A stretch of DNA of 64,000 bases, from the NCBI GenBank assembly GCA_020137815.1, contig CM035360.1:6572001-6636000 (forward strand), given 5' to 3'. Under the pieces are notes generated by a model. That model did not search any database, was not told where the DNA came from, and saw only the letters and a list, made by a program, of their open reading frames with translations. This document shows, in pieces, positions 1-11,600 of the stretch; within the stretch, counting starts at the first letter, position 1; each line of letters opens with the position of its first letter. Source of the stretch: Hormiphora californensis. Lineage: Eukaryota > Animalia > Ctenophora. The translations under genes and the position numbers were made by a program.

Positions 1-277
1 ATTAAATCACTATCTGGTATCCTTTTTTGAGCAGGTGTGAGTATAGCGTGTTTAAAATTATATCTACAGATTTATGGGACCAGTTATTCCCCCAGTTTTG
101 ATAAGTCCAGTTAATTTGGTTTTCCATATATTGTCTTTTTCAACCAGAGTTGTTCGTGTGCGATATTTATACTCTAGGATATACCGCTCTGATGACTCGT
201 CGGAACATCGCCAATATTTTGACATGTTTCCGTCGGGTATGGGCGGTATATAAGTGCGGAATATTATTATTATTATA
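1..277 (+). mobile_element. Probable 3' end of an L2-type LINE/SINE inside the Src intron
   Basis: Imperfect hairpin at 180-250, then GGGCGGTATATAAGTGCGGAA and a (TAT)n tail, a layout typical of L2-group 3' ends. A similar tail lies at 42620-42667. No clear ORF. Confidence 0.35.
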
Positions 278-1010
278 CCATGTCATGGGAAATAGGACAC
301 AAAGTGGATACCAGATTAAAGTTTGAGCCAGTGATAAGAGTGGTTTTCTAAAAACTATAGAAATATAGATACACTTAGTTTACTTTACCTCGACCAAAAC
401 GCGGAGTTTTTACGTCAGCCGACCCGAAACCGGATTAAATTTGGCCACCCGCTGGTCTCAGGGCCTCAAAATATGTCAAAATATGTTTAAATTATCATTT
501 CGGGTCATTTAGACCTTTTAATTACATGTAATTACCTTTTAATTACATGTAATTACCCTTTAATTACATGTAATTACTTCCAATTACATTCCAATTACTT
601 CAGCACCTCGAGAGCTTTCGAACGCACCCTAGAACACCTTTCTACTCCTTCTAATTGCCGAGTTCTGTATACCCCTTATTTTGACTGTTTTTCGCGTCCT
701 ACCCCTTATAGGTTTGGGTATGGCCATCGCCACACCCCCTATACGTCGCGGGACCTCGAGACCTTTCCAACGAGCCATAGAACACCTCTCTACTACTTCA
801 GGGGGCTTCAAAACTTTCACTCTAAAAATATCTATGGTTTTATGGTTTATGGTTATGGTTATGGTTATGGTTTTTTTTTCATCTGGTATTAAGGGCCTGT
901 CGGCTCGGCCCCGTTGTTTTAGTTTTAGGGGGGATGTTTTAGGGGGGATGGGTTGAGTTTGGGTTATATTCGGGTCGGGGGGCCTTGCCAGGCCCCGAAT
1001 ATACCGCCAT
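278..1010. repeat. Intronic repeat remnant, likely a non-autonomous DNA transposon
   Basis: TAATTACATGTAATTAC tandem copies (519-600), a diverged ~48 bp direct repeat (603-650 and 752-798), (TTATGG)n at ~839-870, and a hairpin TATATTCGGG/CCCGAATATA at ~965-1003. Confidence 0.35.
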
Positions 1011-1110
1011 ACTAAGAATGCTCAAGGAACGATATTCCCAGTCATTAGTACCAACATCCCCAGTTCTATAGAACTACTAGATATAGAGAACTATATAGAT
1101 ATCAACCTAC

Positions 1111-3818
1111 CTCTCTACTACAGATTGCCTGCAGCTGCAGGATGTGAGGGTGACGGAGTCGCTTCATCACGTTAGCCTCCTCAAGGAATTTGTCTGCGTC
1201 CATGGTGCCCTCTTTCATTGCCTTTACTGCCACCTTCTTGGTGTTGTTGAATGTAGCTGCCCAAACCTGGGAGGGGGAGATTGGGTTGGAAAAGTGGGCC
1301 AACCTGGGAGGGGGATTTGGTTTGGAAAAGGGGCCAACCTGGGAGGGGGATTGGGTTTGGAAAAGGGGGCCAACATGGGAGGGGGATTGGGATTGGAAAA
1401 GGGGGCCAACATGGGAGGGGGATTGGATTTGGAAAAGGGGGCCAACATGGGAGGGGGATTTGGTTTGGAAAAGGGGGCCAACATGGGAGGGGGATTTGGT
1501 TTGGAAAAGGGGGCCAACATGGGAGGGGGATTGGGTTTGGAAAAGGGGGCCAACATGGGAGGGGGATTGGGTTTGGAAAAGGGGGCCAACATGGGAGGGG
1601 GATTGGGTTTGGAAAAGGGGCCAACATGGGAGGGGGATTGGGTTTGGAAAAGGGGGCCAACATGGGAGGGGGATTGGGTTTGGAAAAGGGGGCCAACATG
1701 GGAGGGGGATTGGGTTTGGAAAAGGGGGCCAACATGGGAGGGGATTGGGTTTGGAAAAGGGGGCCAACATGGGAGGGGGATTTGGTTTGGAAAAAGGGGG
1801 CCAACATGGGAGGGGGATTGGGTTTGGAAAAGGGGGCCAACATGGATTATGGAAGAGGGAATAGAAGGATGGGTACCATAGGGGACCGCCGACCGGGGCG
1901 AGGGGTCGCAATTCAAACCGACCGAATTGTAAAAGCTGAGAGCTAATTATGCACCGATTGTGTGTGTAATATGGGGATTGGGGGTGCGAGAAGAAACTAC
2001 AAAAACAGGACATAGGGGATAATGTTTTCCGCACCTGGCCCACTGTATTATCGTTCTCTCCCTCTGTGTTACTTTCTCTCTCCCACTCTTCCACTCTCTT
2101 ATTGTCTCCCCTGCATGATTTACACACGAACAAACTTTTTCTCGCACAATATATATATATGCCTACTTCATCATGTATATCTACTCGTTACAAGTTCACA
2201 GTGAGTAGTGCAGTATATCTGTGCAGTAACATCATATCTATATATCCCACTCTCACCATCTCCACAAACATTACCTCTCCGAAGCAGCCGTGACCCAGTT
2301 TATCATGGAGTTTGATGGTGTGACGGGGTACCTCCCAGACATCGTGGGCCAGACCGTCAGTTTCAGGGGCAGCTTGGACTCGTGGACACACTCCCGATAA
2401 GCGTATTGACAGACCTGGGAGAGCAGGAGGAATTAGTAATGTCAACTCCCAAGAGAGTTTATACTAACTGCTGTATCCCGTCAATAATTCTCACTTTATT
2501 AATATTTATCTCCCTGTATCTTTATTTGGGTGTTTGCTTGCATTCAAAATTTGTAGTTCAGACGGATAAAATATTCTTCTTCTCCCCGCCAAATCAAGAT
2601 ATCGATTGTACAATGATATCATCAACCTACTATAATATATATATATGTATACCTTTGTTTTGACAGTAGTACTCAATAAGATCACTAACATTTCCAAACT
2701 CAATCTTGTTAGAAATGAACACCTCCCCTGTACTACTCTTGGTCCGAATACAAAAGTGCTTGATAATTGGCTGACCGTTCTCAGTTTATTTCACCCCGCA
2801 CGGACAGGGACAGTGTTCCTGGCCGGGTCTCGCTCTCACGAACAAGGAATGAACCGGGTTCGGCAGCTCGGAGGAAGGCCTCACTATCACTCCGTTTAAT
2901 TGCCCCGAAATACCACCTAGTAATGGGTGTTGTAGTTACCTGTGTTGTCTTTGTAATGGTCTAGCAGGTCTGATATTGTGGCGAAGTTGTTGGAGATGGA
3001 GACAAAATATTCCCCGCTGTCACGTCGTCTAATGTTGTAATGTCGGATTGGTTTGTCGCCTGGGTTTGTTGTTTTGGTCGGGTCGATCTTGATGGATAAG
3101 CTAAGTGTTCCCGGTCTAGTCTCACTTTCTCTGACAAGGTATGTCCCAGGAGGGGTCTGTTCCAAAAGGAGTTCACTGTCCACTCGTCTGATCAGTCCAA
3201 AGTACCAACTGAATTGTCAATTGTCACAATGTTAGTTGTCACAGTGTTAGTTGTAACAGTGTTAGTTGTCACAGTGTTAGTTGTCATGTTATGTGAGAGT
3301 GTGTCGAGAACAAAGCTTGTGTAGCTGTTAATGTCCCACTTACGCTTTCGACTCGAGACTGTCAACAGGGGCAACATAGTTGGAGGGGATGTATCCTTCC
3401 TGTCTGGTTCTAGTGTTCCTAGCTTTCCACCAGTCTTTATTGCTCTTATCCAGTATTATCAAGATGTCATCCTGATATGAAATAAACACAGATTAAAGAA
3501 TGAGCAACAAAGTTTTTCGAGAGTTAAGTTGGTTATTAACTGTAAAAGGAGGGAAGTTCATTACCTAGTCAAAAGGACTGAATTACTAAACCTACACTAA
3601 AATGAAATAAAGTTGTTATCGATTACCTTTTCAAAACTGATGTCGCTGTCAGATCGTTTCTGATAGGTGTAAAGTGCAACAACAGAGTTGTCATCCTGTG
3701 CTATTACTGGAGGAGGAGGGGGCGGGGCTACTGAAGGCTGGTAGCCATTCCTTGCTGGCCGATCTTGGAGGCCAACTTCCTCTTTAGCCTTTAATGTCGT
3801 AGAAGGACAGCATCCCAT
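1111..3818 (-). CDS. Src-family non-receptor tyrosine kinase (SH4-SH3-SH2-kinase), 5' part; continues past the left edge
   Basis: Exons about 3818-3627, 3471-3343, 3208-2940, 2414-2276, 1266-1111, all phase-consistent. N-terminal MGCC (myristoyl/palmitoyl type), SH3 ALYTY...DWW...[11 protein letters not shown]2 WYFG...YLVRESET, kinase [10 protein letters not shown]...VAVK...[13 protein letters not shown]. Confidence 0.95.
1267..1845. repeat. 36-bp minisatellite (~16 copies) abutting the Src kinase-exon acceptor
   Basis: Unit GGGGGCCAACATGGGAGGGGGATTGGGTTTGGAAAA read directly; it explains the six overlapping repeat ORFs. Confidence 0.95.
3231..3290. repeat. 15-bp tandem repeat (~4 copies) in Src intron 2
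   Basis: GTTAGTTGTCACAGT repeated; on the gene strand each copy contains CTAAC and the array lies just upstream of the SH2-exon acceptor. Confidence 0.85.
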
Positions 3819-4187
3819 GTCCTCTCAGTCACTCCCTCAAGAACACTCTCTTCTTCTCATTTCTATCACTTCAGATATTGAAATTTGAACGGTTACGAGT
3901 TACGACTGTATTATTGACAAACGTCAGGAGACTAGAAACTGAAAATTGAACATACATGCCCTTTTTAGGGCCTAGAAAAGACCTAAAAGGAGAAAAAAGC
4001 TCGCAAATGACACCATAAAAGTTTTACAAAGCCTTTTACGTTTAAAAGATCGGTATCCCCGATCCCGCATCCGGGCACGGGCCAACCGCCAAACATGGTG
4101 TTTTTTTGCAAAAGCCGGGGTACCGGTTCAATTAGTAAAATGGATATAGAAATCAAGGTTATCTGTACATAAAATGGATATAATAAA

Positions 4188-4923
4188 TTAATTCGAATTG
4201 TTTTTAATCATGTATAAAATGTTAATATCATTCCTGTCGCTGAAACGTTTTGGGCTAGTGCCACGGTGACCCCTTAGACTGATCACAAGTGTCCTCAGGA
4301 GGCAGAATGATAATCGTTGCCTAATGTACCGGATAGAGTCGGGATAGGATTGTTTCGTTTTATCGGAAAGTTTAGAAGCAAGCTTCTTATAGAACTTGTC
4401 TGCTTCATCGCCCATAATTCCTGATGTCGAGAAGACAACCGGTGGGCGGTGTGAAGGAACTTTTTTCGACCTGCAAGACACGTTCACCATATGCTCGCTT
4501 CTTCTCATCCTCGTGTTTCTTGAGAGCCTTGGTAATAGGAAGAGATTGATTGGTGGGGGCTCGAGAGTTAAAGACGCGGAAATCAAGGAATAGCTTTGCC
4601 ATAGGAGACCAGAGGTCACGTGCTGAGACATCTAATCGAGCCTCTTCGGTGGTGATGGCGGAACGGTATTTGAACTCCTCTCCAGTTAGTGGAAGAAGGT
4701 GAGGTTCGATCACAACATCCCCACACCCAGCCTCAGCTAAGAGGTTCGCAGTGAGATCAAGCATCTGATTGTGTCTAAGGTTGACATAACCTCCACGAGA
4801 GCAGCTTAGACTGTGTTCGATCGAGTTTAGTTTGCCACATGCACAGTGGTTGGGGAATTCGTGGAGAGGAAGGTCATATCTCAGAGACAAGACATGGTGT
4901 TTTTCGAACTTTCGTGTTGGCAT
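4188..4923 (-). mobile_element. 5'-truncated CRE-clade-like non-LTR retrotransposon (CCHC finger + restriction-like endonuclease C-terminus), frameshifted
   Basis: CACG...H...C..GG...RHN, then EP...ARLDV...DFRV...EKKRAY...FTP.VFSTSG.MG...RLSF.LLR, split over ORFs 4405-4923 and 4188-4631. Confidence 0.8.
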
Positions 4924-4938
4924 ACGTTGCAGGCCCCT

Positions 4939-5300
4939 AGGGATCCCTAAAAAAGTTCAGTATTTACACAGAGTTTACACAGTCTTTACTCAGTCGTTAC
5001 ACCCAGAGCGCCCGCGCCGCTCTGGGTGTAACGACTGCGTCTTTCGCACTCGATTTGCAGCGTTTTCGGAAACTTTTTTCGCCGCAGCGCTCAATTTTAT
5101 CAATTGTGCAGCACACAATCCAATATTTTCTTGGAAAAAGCCACTGTGCGCAGCACGCGCCGCTCTGGGTGTAACGACTGAGTAAAGACTGTGTAAACTC
5201 TGTGTAAATACTGAACTTTTTTAGGGATCCCTCTTATAATATAATATTAATATAATATAATATATATATATATAATATAATATTAATATAATATAATATC
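4939..5300. mobile_element. Palindromic non-autonomous element (~72-bp inverted arms) with an AT-rich terminal array; MITE or Helentron/HINE-like
   Basis: AGGGATCCCTAAAAAAGTTCAG...CCCAGAGCG (4939-5009) is the reverse complement of 5161-5232. A third partial arm lies at 5018-5037 and a (TAATA)-type array at 5235-5299. Confidence 0.75.
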
Positions 5301-6356
5301 GTTGCGGGGGTGCGCGCATGAGGGGGCTGCAGCGCATTCCAAACTTTCGTGCAGCTCGGGTCAGAATTTTAAAGTTTTTCAAAGTTTTCTTTTGTTGAAT
5401 TTCACATTCAAATAAAGGCGCGCGTTGCGCTAGACGCGACAATTAATTGCTAAGAAAATCGCGCGTTACATCCAAATCTGAAATAAGGAATTATTTTTTA
5501 TTCCAGTTAAAATTTCGCCTTTTAAACTTTGAAAGAAGTTTTAAACTTTTTTAAAGTTTAAACTTTAAACCTGGTTTTGATTTTTTGTTCTTCTCCCTGG
5601 TCAAGCGATTAGGTCACTAGAGCAAGCTTCATTATTATCTTACCCAGGATCAAGGGCCAAGGGGTGCGACGACGCAACGTACCAAACACACAACAACCCT
5701 AAGCCTTGCTGTCTGGCGCCGCGACCCATCTGAGCGCACTGAGAATCAAATTGGGGTCTGGCGCCGCCAGACAGAAGCCTTGAGAGTGTGACTGTGGGTT
5801 GGGTTCTCCGTTCTCAAATTGATTACGAATCATGGAGACGGGAGACGCTGTCTCTGACTGTTCTTTGATTTTTCCTCTTGAGGCCTGAAGCACCCCCCTC
5901 CATTGTCAGAGCATTGGCCTCAGGCCTATTCTCATTTCTTTCAAATAAGCGGAGCATGCGAGAACTGTGGTCAGAGCATTGGCCTGACACTTGACAGCCC
6001 CTCCAGCGGTGGCAAATCCCTTTTATTATATGGGAAGCCTCTTATGGTCAACCGGCAACCCCAAACAAGACTGCAGAAAGCACCAACCTCTAACCAACCA
6101 ACCAACACTTTAAACATGATCAATGATATGATTATCAAAAACAGAAATAGATCTGACAAGTAAAGTTTTTGAATCAACTACAGGAAATATTATTCACACA
6201 AAAAACTCTCTTATTTCTTATTTGATTTCTGAAGTTGGAATTAGAACATTAGCAAACAAATTCTACCAAATAAATTAACTTTCGTTTTTCCCTCATTGGT
6301 CATGTAGTGTTTACTGTTTCCTAATCACTTAGTATTTTGAACCCTGTCCATTTGAA

Positions 6357-7775
6357 CTATGCCTGCTCCATTTGTTTTTGTAGTTCGTAGCAGTTGTTTG
6401 CCTCAAGGAATGGTACTCCATCATTACAACCAAATACCAGGCACTGTACTTTTAGTTGAACTGAGGATAGAGAGAGAATGAGGATCGGATACCAACCGGT
6501 GTGAAGCGAGGGTTACGGAAGTAACAAGTGCAATATCGGGTCATGGATGGAATGAACCGACAATATATCACTCACCCCCGTGTTTGACGACTCGGTCGTT
6601 GATGTAGCAGCTTTTAAAACAGGTGCCACCGGTGGTGCACTTTGCTTCCCCATTGACACACCAACAACTGTTACAGTTCACGTCCTGATACGCCTCACCG
6701 TTATCAACATACTTGCCCTCCTCTGAAGATACAAGGAGTTATATTGTATAGTTATTCAATATTGATTTGTATACTTATTGGGGTACTGCACCTCGACCCT
6801 CTCTTTCAAACAAAAGGGGCGAGAACGGGTCTGGACTCTGGCTCATACAGAGTACTGAGAACTTATAGAAAGTCATTTGATCTTCAGGTTTAACTCTATT
6901 TCAACTATAGATCTTCAGATTTATTGATATAAATCAACTAGTTCAACTTACTGTCAAGGCAATAGCATTTCTTCTTGGTGCAATCTAGTTCATCATTCCC
7001 GGCACACTCGCAGTCGTTACAGTCCCTCTTGAACTTGTCTCCCTTGTTGTAAACCCTGCCGTCAATTTTACACGTATCCTCACACTGCAGGATTGTGAGA
7101 CATGATTATCTTATTAGTAGGAAGAGCAGCTTTTACATCTTGTCAGTAATACTTCATAGTGTTTTGGTGATCTCCTAGAAGATCCTGAGGGTTTTCTCCA
7201 CCCCCTACTATGATAATAGTGTATACCCATTACCCAGTCTGGAGGTGAAGTGAACCCCTTAGCTTAGTCTCTCCTAGGATATCACCTGCAAGACACACGA
7301 ATCCTACCAGACCCAAAAAAACTAATAATCAAATTTCTATCTCTCTTACGATGCTATTCATGCAGATAGTGGTTCCATCTGTACAGTGGCAGCTAGAACA
7401 CACATCCAGCCACTCGTCCTTATCCTGGTAGACCTGTCCGTGGAAGGTACAGTTTCTGGGACAGGACGGATACCCAGTCGGACACTCCAGGACACCTAGG
7501 AAATATCTTTGTTGGAGTTACTTTAAAATTCGAATGAACTTTTCAGCTTCATGAGGGTTCAATAGATCAAGATTATGAAGAAAAAAACAGAATTAACGAC
7601 AGGAAATTCTTCCTGGTTGACCTTTGCACTAACCTCCATCGCCACACCTGCATTCATCACATCCTATCTGTATCTTGTTCCCTGTCCTGTACAAGGCACC
7701 ATTATAAGTACACCCTACAGAGCTAGCCAGGGCCTGATGGCACCCCAACACCAGGAATAACAGCACAACAAACAT
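6357..7775 (-). CDS. Secreted cysteine-rich protein (~223 aa) with five short VWC/pacifastin-like repeats
   Basis: Five phase-consistent exons (7775-7634, ~7495-7350, ~7085-6953, ~6722-6576, ~6460-6357). Signal peptide MFVVLLFLVLGCHQALA; repeats such as CKIDGRVYNKGDKFKRDCNDCECAGNDELDCTKKKC. Missed by the ORF track because the exons are short. Confidence 0.85.
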
Positions 7776-8612
7776 ACCAGGAGAAAAGGGGTTGGATTAC
7801 AGAAGCTTAGCGGACATTTCCTCGTGTTGCGTACTCAGCACCTGTAGTTCAAGTGGTCACGTGATATAGCTGGATGGTGGAGCGGACCGCTGATTGGTGT
7901 GGAATTTTTGACCTGGATTAGTCACCCTCTCAGTGAGGGGAGGACGTGATGACTCTATCGTGATCCTATGTTGACCACTGCACCTGTGTAATAACAGGTA
8001 ATAAATTAGAGTTGAGCTCATCTCTCTCTTCAAATATAATAGTGCAACGTATATCCGTGTATCCGTCTTATTCTCCGATTCTCCAATTAAAATGTTCTTG
8101 TTCCACTGAAGACTAGTTACGACCTTTGGTAAAACAAATTGTAAGTGTCAGGCGTCAGTACCGTGATCCAAATTCCACGTTCCAACCCCACCCCGGTGGC
8201 AGTTTCCAGTTGTGATGATATTTAACAGAATAAACACCCTTGAATGTTGAACTGAAGTGAATTGGTTTAAAACAATGCTCACACACATATTCGCCAACAC
8301 ACAGATAACACAAGGTAGCCTGATGACGTAGGCTTAAATGAAATAAATTGTCTTATAAAAAGTTGTCCCCCCCTCTATCTATTGATCCCTTCCAAATATA
8401 TTATTTTTCACTTCCTTCTTTTCTAGCAGTGCCGTTCCCGTTATATCGATATTGACACCTTTAAATAGATTCATCATAAATACACAAAATCAAAATTAAA
8501 ATGTCTTAACAAGTCCAAAATGTCTTTTTCTCTCAGTCTCCCGGGGTGATCCCGAGGTGATCTAACTTTCTGAAGGTCATGTCGTCACTAATCTATACAT
8601 CATTGGTTCCTC

Positions 8613-11600
8613 TCAAAAACATGATAGGAAGAGCGTCGTTATGAGTGCGATGAAGAATGGTAGGGTTCCCGAACTGTTGATTCCTTCTGACTTCCCATCT
8701 GGAGAAACTGCAGTTAAGTGACTTTAGTTACAGAGGGGCAAGGGGTTATACTGATAGCTCTACAGAGATAGGGGCTACAGAGATGGGGGCTCTACACAGT
8801 GTGAATGCTTCACTCCAAGTTCAACACATACAGCTCACATGCAGCGGATATAGATGAGGCCAATCGAAATACCCTAACAACTTAGATTTTCTATTGATTA
8901 CGAAGCAATGTAAAAAGGCCAAATTCATATTAACTTATTCCCTAAACGAGTAGTTCACAAATAACGCTGGTTTGATGTCTAGAAATGGGCCAAAGAGGAG
9001 TTATTAATTCCCATTAGAGTTTTACATGTTTCACGCTCCTTGAGAAGGATTGCTACACATGCACTTGGGGGAAGGGTTGCTACACATGCACGTGGGTTTG
9101 CTGTACTGCACATGCACAAACTTACAAGAAAAGCAAATGGGAGGGCTGGCGAATTTCTCGCCTGTGTACACGTTTATATATCGCGAGTAGATACTCGTGT
9201 GGTCGATCAGGTAGCCTGGAGTGTGTTTCGGGGTTTACAACATGGAGAGAGGGAGGGAGGTAAGGAGAGGGAGGAACGGAGGGGGTTTACCAATAACCTA
9301 TACCAGTTCTGCTTCCTATTCCCCCCTTTCGTTGCACGAGCTGCCCCTCTCTCTCTTTGTGCAGTAACTGCCTGTTTGTAGCAACTTTACACACATAGTT
9401 TCTGCCTTGATTGTGGGCTAGCTTCGGGAGGAGTGGGCATGACGAGATTGAGTAAACAAAGAAGTAAGGAACTGAAAGCTTCTCTTGATGATGGCACCAC
9501 CAGAGACTACATTAAGAAGAACAACATTGACCAGATGGAGGTGATCATGTTGCTTTTTGAGGGCCAACAGAAGTTGATTGAACAGCAGCAAACTCAGCTC
9601 ACGCAATTGGAAACCATCGCCAGCCTTCAGGGCGAGATTTGTGGCTTGAAGCAGCTTGTTACTGACCTTGAAGTGTTACCGACCTATCTCCCTGACTTGT
9701 ATTGCTATGAAGATCTTGGAGAGACTTGTTAATTATCAGCTTTTAGAGAAGTGTTATAGTAAGTTGGATCCTAGACAGCACGGCTTCCTTCCCGGAAAGT
9801 CCTGTTTAACCCAACTTATCCCCTTTCTCGATGATCTCACTCACTCAAATCATAACAGAGAAGCAGTTGACATTGTGTATTATGATTTTTCTAAAGCATT
9901 TGATAGTGTAAACCATGATATTCTTTTGGAGAAGTTGAAATATATGTTTGATATTGATGGTAAAATGTTTAATTTATTGCGCTGTTATCTTTTGGGGAGG
10001 AAGCAGAGAGTTGTTATCAGTGGGAGTCAGTCTGACCTTATTGATGTGCTGTCTGGGGTCCCTCAAGGCTCCATCTTGGGACCCCTTCTCTTTATCATGT
10101 TCATCAATGATGTATTTTTGACTACTAGAGGGAATACCAAGATGGCCCTTTTTGCTGATGACATTAAAACTTGGAGTGTTATAACTTGTGAGTCTGACAT
10201 TATGAATCTTCAGTTTACTATTGACAATCTTTACAAGTGGTCGTGTGTGAATAAGATGAATTTTCACCCGGACAAATGTCGAGTCATTTCCATGTCTCCC
10301 AGGATCGGATATTTGTCCTGGGGTCAATTACCTTTCTTTCAACCTTCTTATAATCTCAACTGTAACATTCTTGATATTGTTGACTACCAGCGTGACTTAG
10401 GTGTATTTGTATCTTCTAATCTTTCTTGGAGCTTTCACTTTGAATATGTACTTCAGCAATTTATTGATCGTTTTAACTTACTTAGAAGAACCTATTACTA
10501 TCTCAGTAATATCAACCAGAAGCGTACTCTTTATCTTACTATGGTGAGATCAATGCTAGTTCACTGTTGCCATATCTGGGCTCCCCAAGCTATTGGTTTG
10601 TTAAACAAGCTAGAGGCTGCCCAGAAGCGCTGTGTGAAATGGATCTTTAACATTAGTTATTTAGTTAGGTGGAGCTCAAATTATTATCATTCACAACTTG
10701 CTAATATTGGACTTGTACCCGTTGATGTTTTCTTTAAGATTAATGATATGAAACTTTTCTACAGAATTATCCATGGTCTAGTTTATCTTGAGCTACCCCC
10801 CTATCTCTCTATCGCTAAACCTAGTGACTTTAACCGTTTGACACGTAGCAATTATGATATTACTAACTATAATGACGTTACCTACATTATTTGTTCGATA
10901 GAATTTCCCTCTAGTGTACTTCGCAATAGCTATTTCTATAGATCCCATATACTTTGGAACTTAATTCCATACCACATACGCCAGTGTCACAGTTATCTTA
11001 GCTTTTCTAGGCAAATTAAGACGTTTCTCTTTAACCCCCTACCAACGTAACTTTGACAGCACTCGGTGACCCCCCCCCCCTCTCTGAGGGACACTTGACC
11101 AAATCCTACAGGGTGTTTTCCTGCGGTCCGTCTCCAGCACTCTCCTCCGCACTCCTCCTACTGATATTGAATATTGAGCAGCAGCCGCATGCAGTGACTG
11201 GGAGGGATTAGATGCAAAGTGACTGTTTTATTTTTCTAACAAGGACTTTAAACTGACGTTGGGGCAGCCTGTAAGAGCGGGTTAACCCTGTGTTGGCTGC
11301 CCTAGATTGAGTAGTGTGTGTTCTATAACCATTTATTTATATATTTACTCATTCTAAATTTTCTCAATAAAAAAAGTGCCTAAAAGGTAACTGGAAAGCG
11401 GTATACGATAGAGCTTGAAGGGTCTACTCTTAGTAAGCTGCACTAGATCATGCCACTCCACGCTGGTAAAAACATCTAACTTTCCTTCAGTCTAAACCGA
11501 GAACTTACATTGTACGCATTTCGCTACAGGTCCGAAGTTATCAGAGTCACATTTTGCCGTCTTCAGAGATTTCGGCTCTACCTCATAGCCTGAGAATACA

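Noticed and set aside
180-250. CTGATGA inside a hairpin, possible minimal hammerhead
   Set aside because: GAAA is replaced by GGAAC and ~10 extra nt separate stem III from stem I; simply an imperfect inverted repeat.
1144-1946. 220-245-aa repetitive ORFs in many frames
   Set aside because: Products of the stop-free 36-bp intronic minisatellite.
7850-8600. Extra upstream exons of the Cys-rich gene
   Set aside because: Candidates contain stops or mismatched phases, and ATG 7775 already begins a signal peptide.
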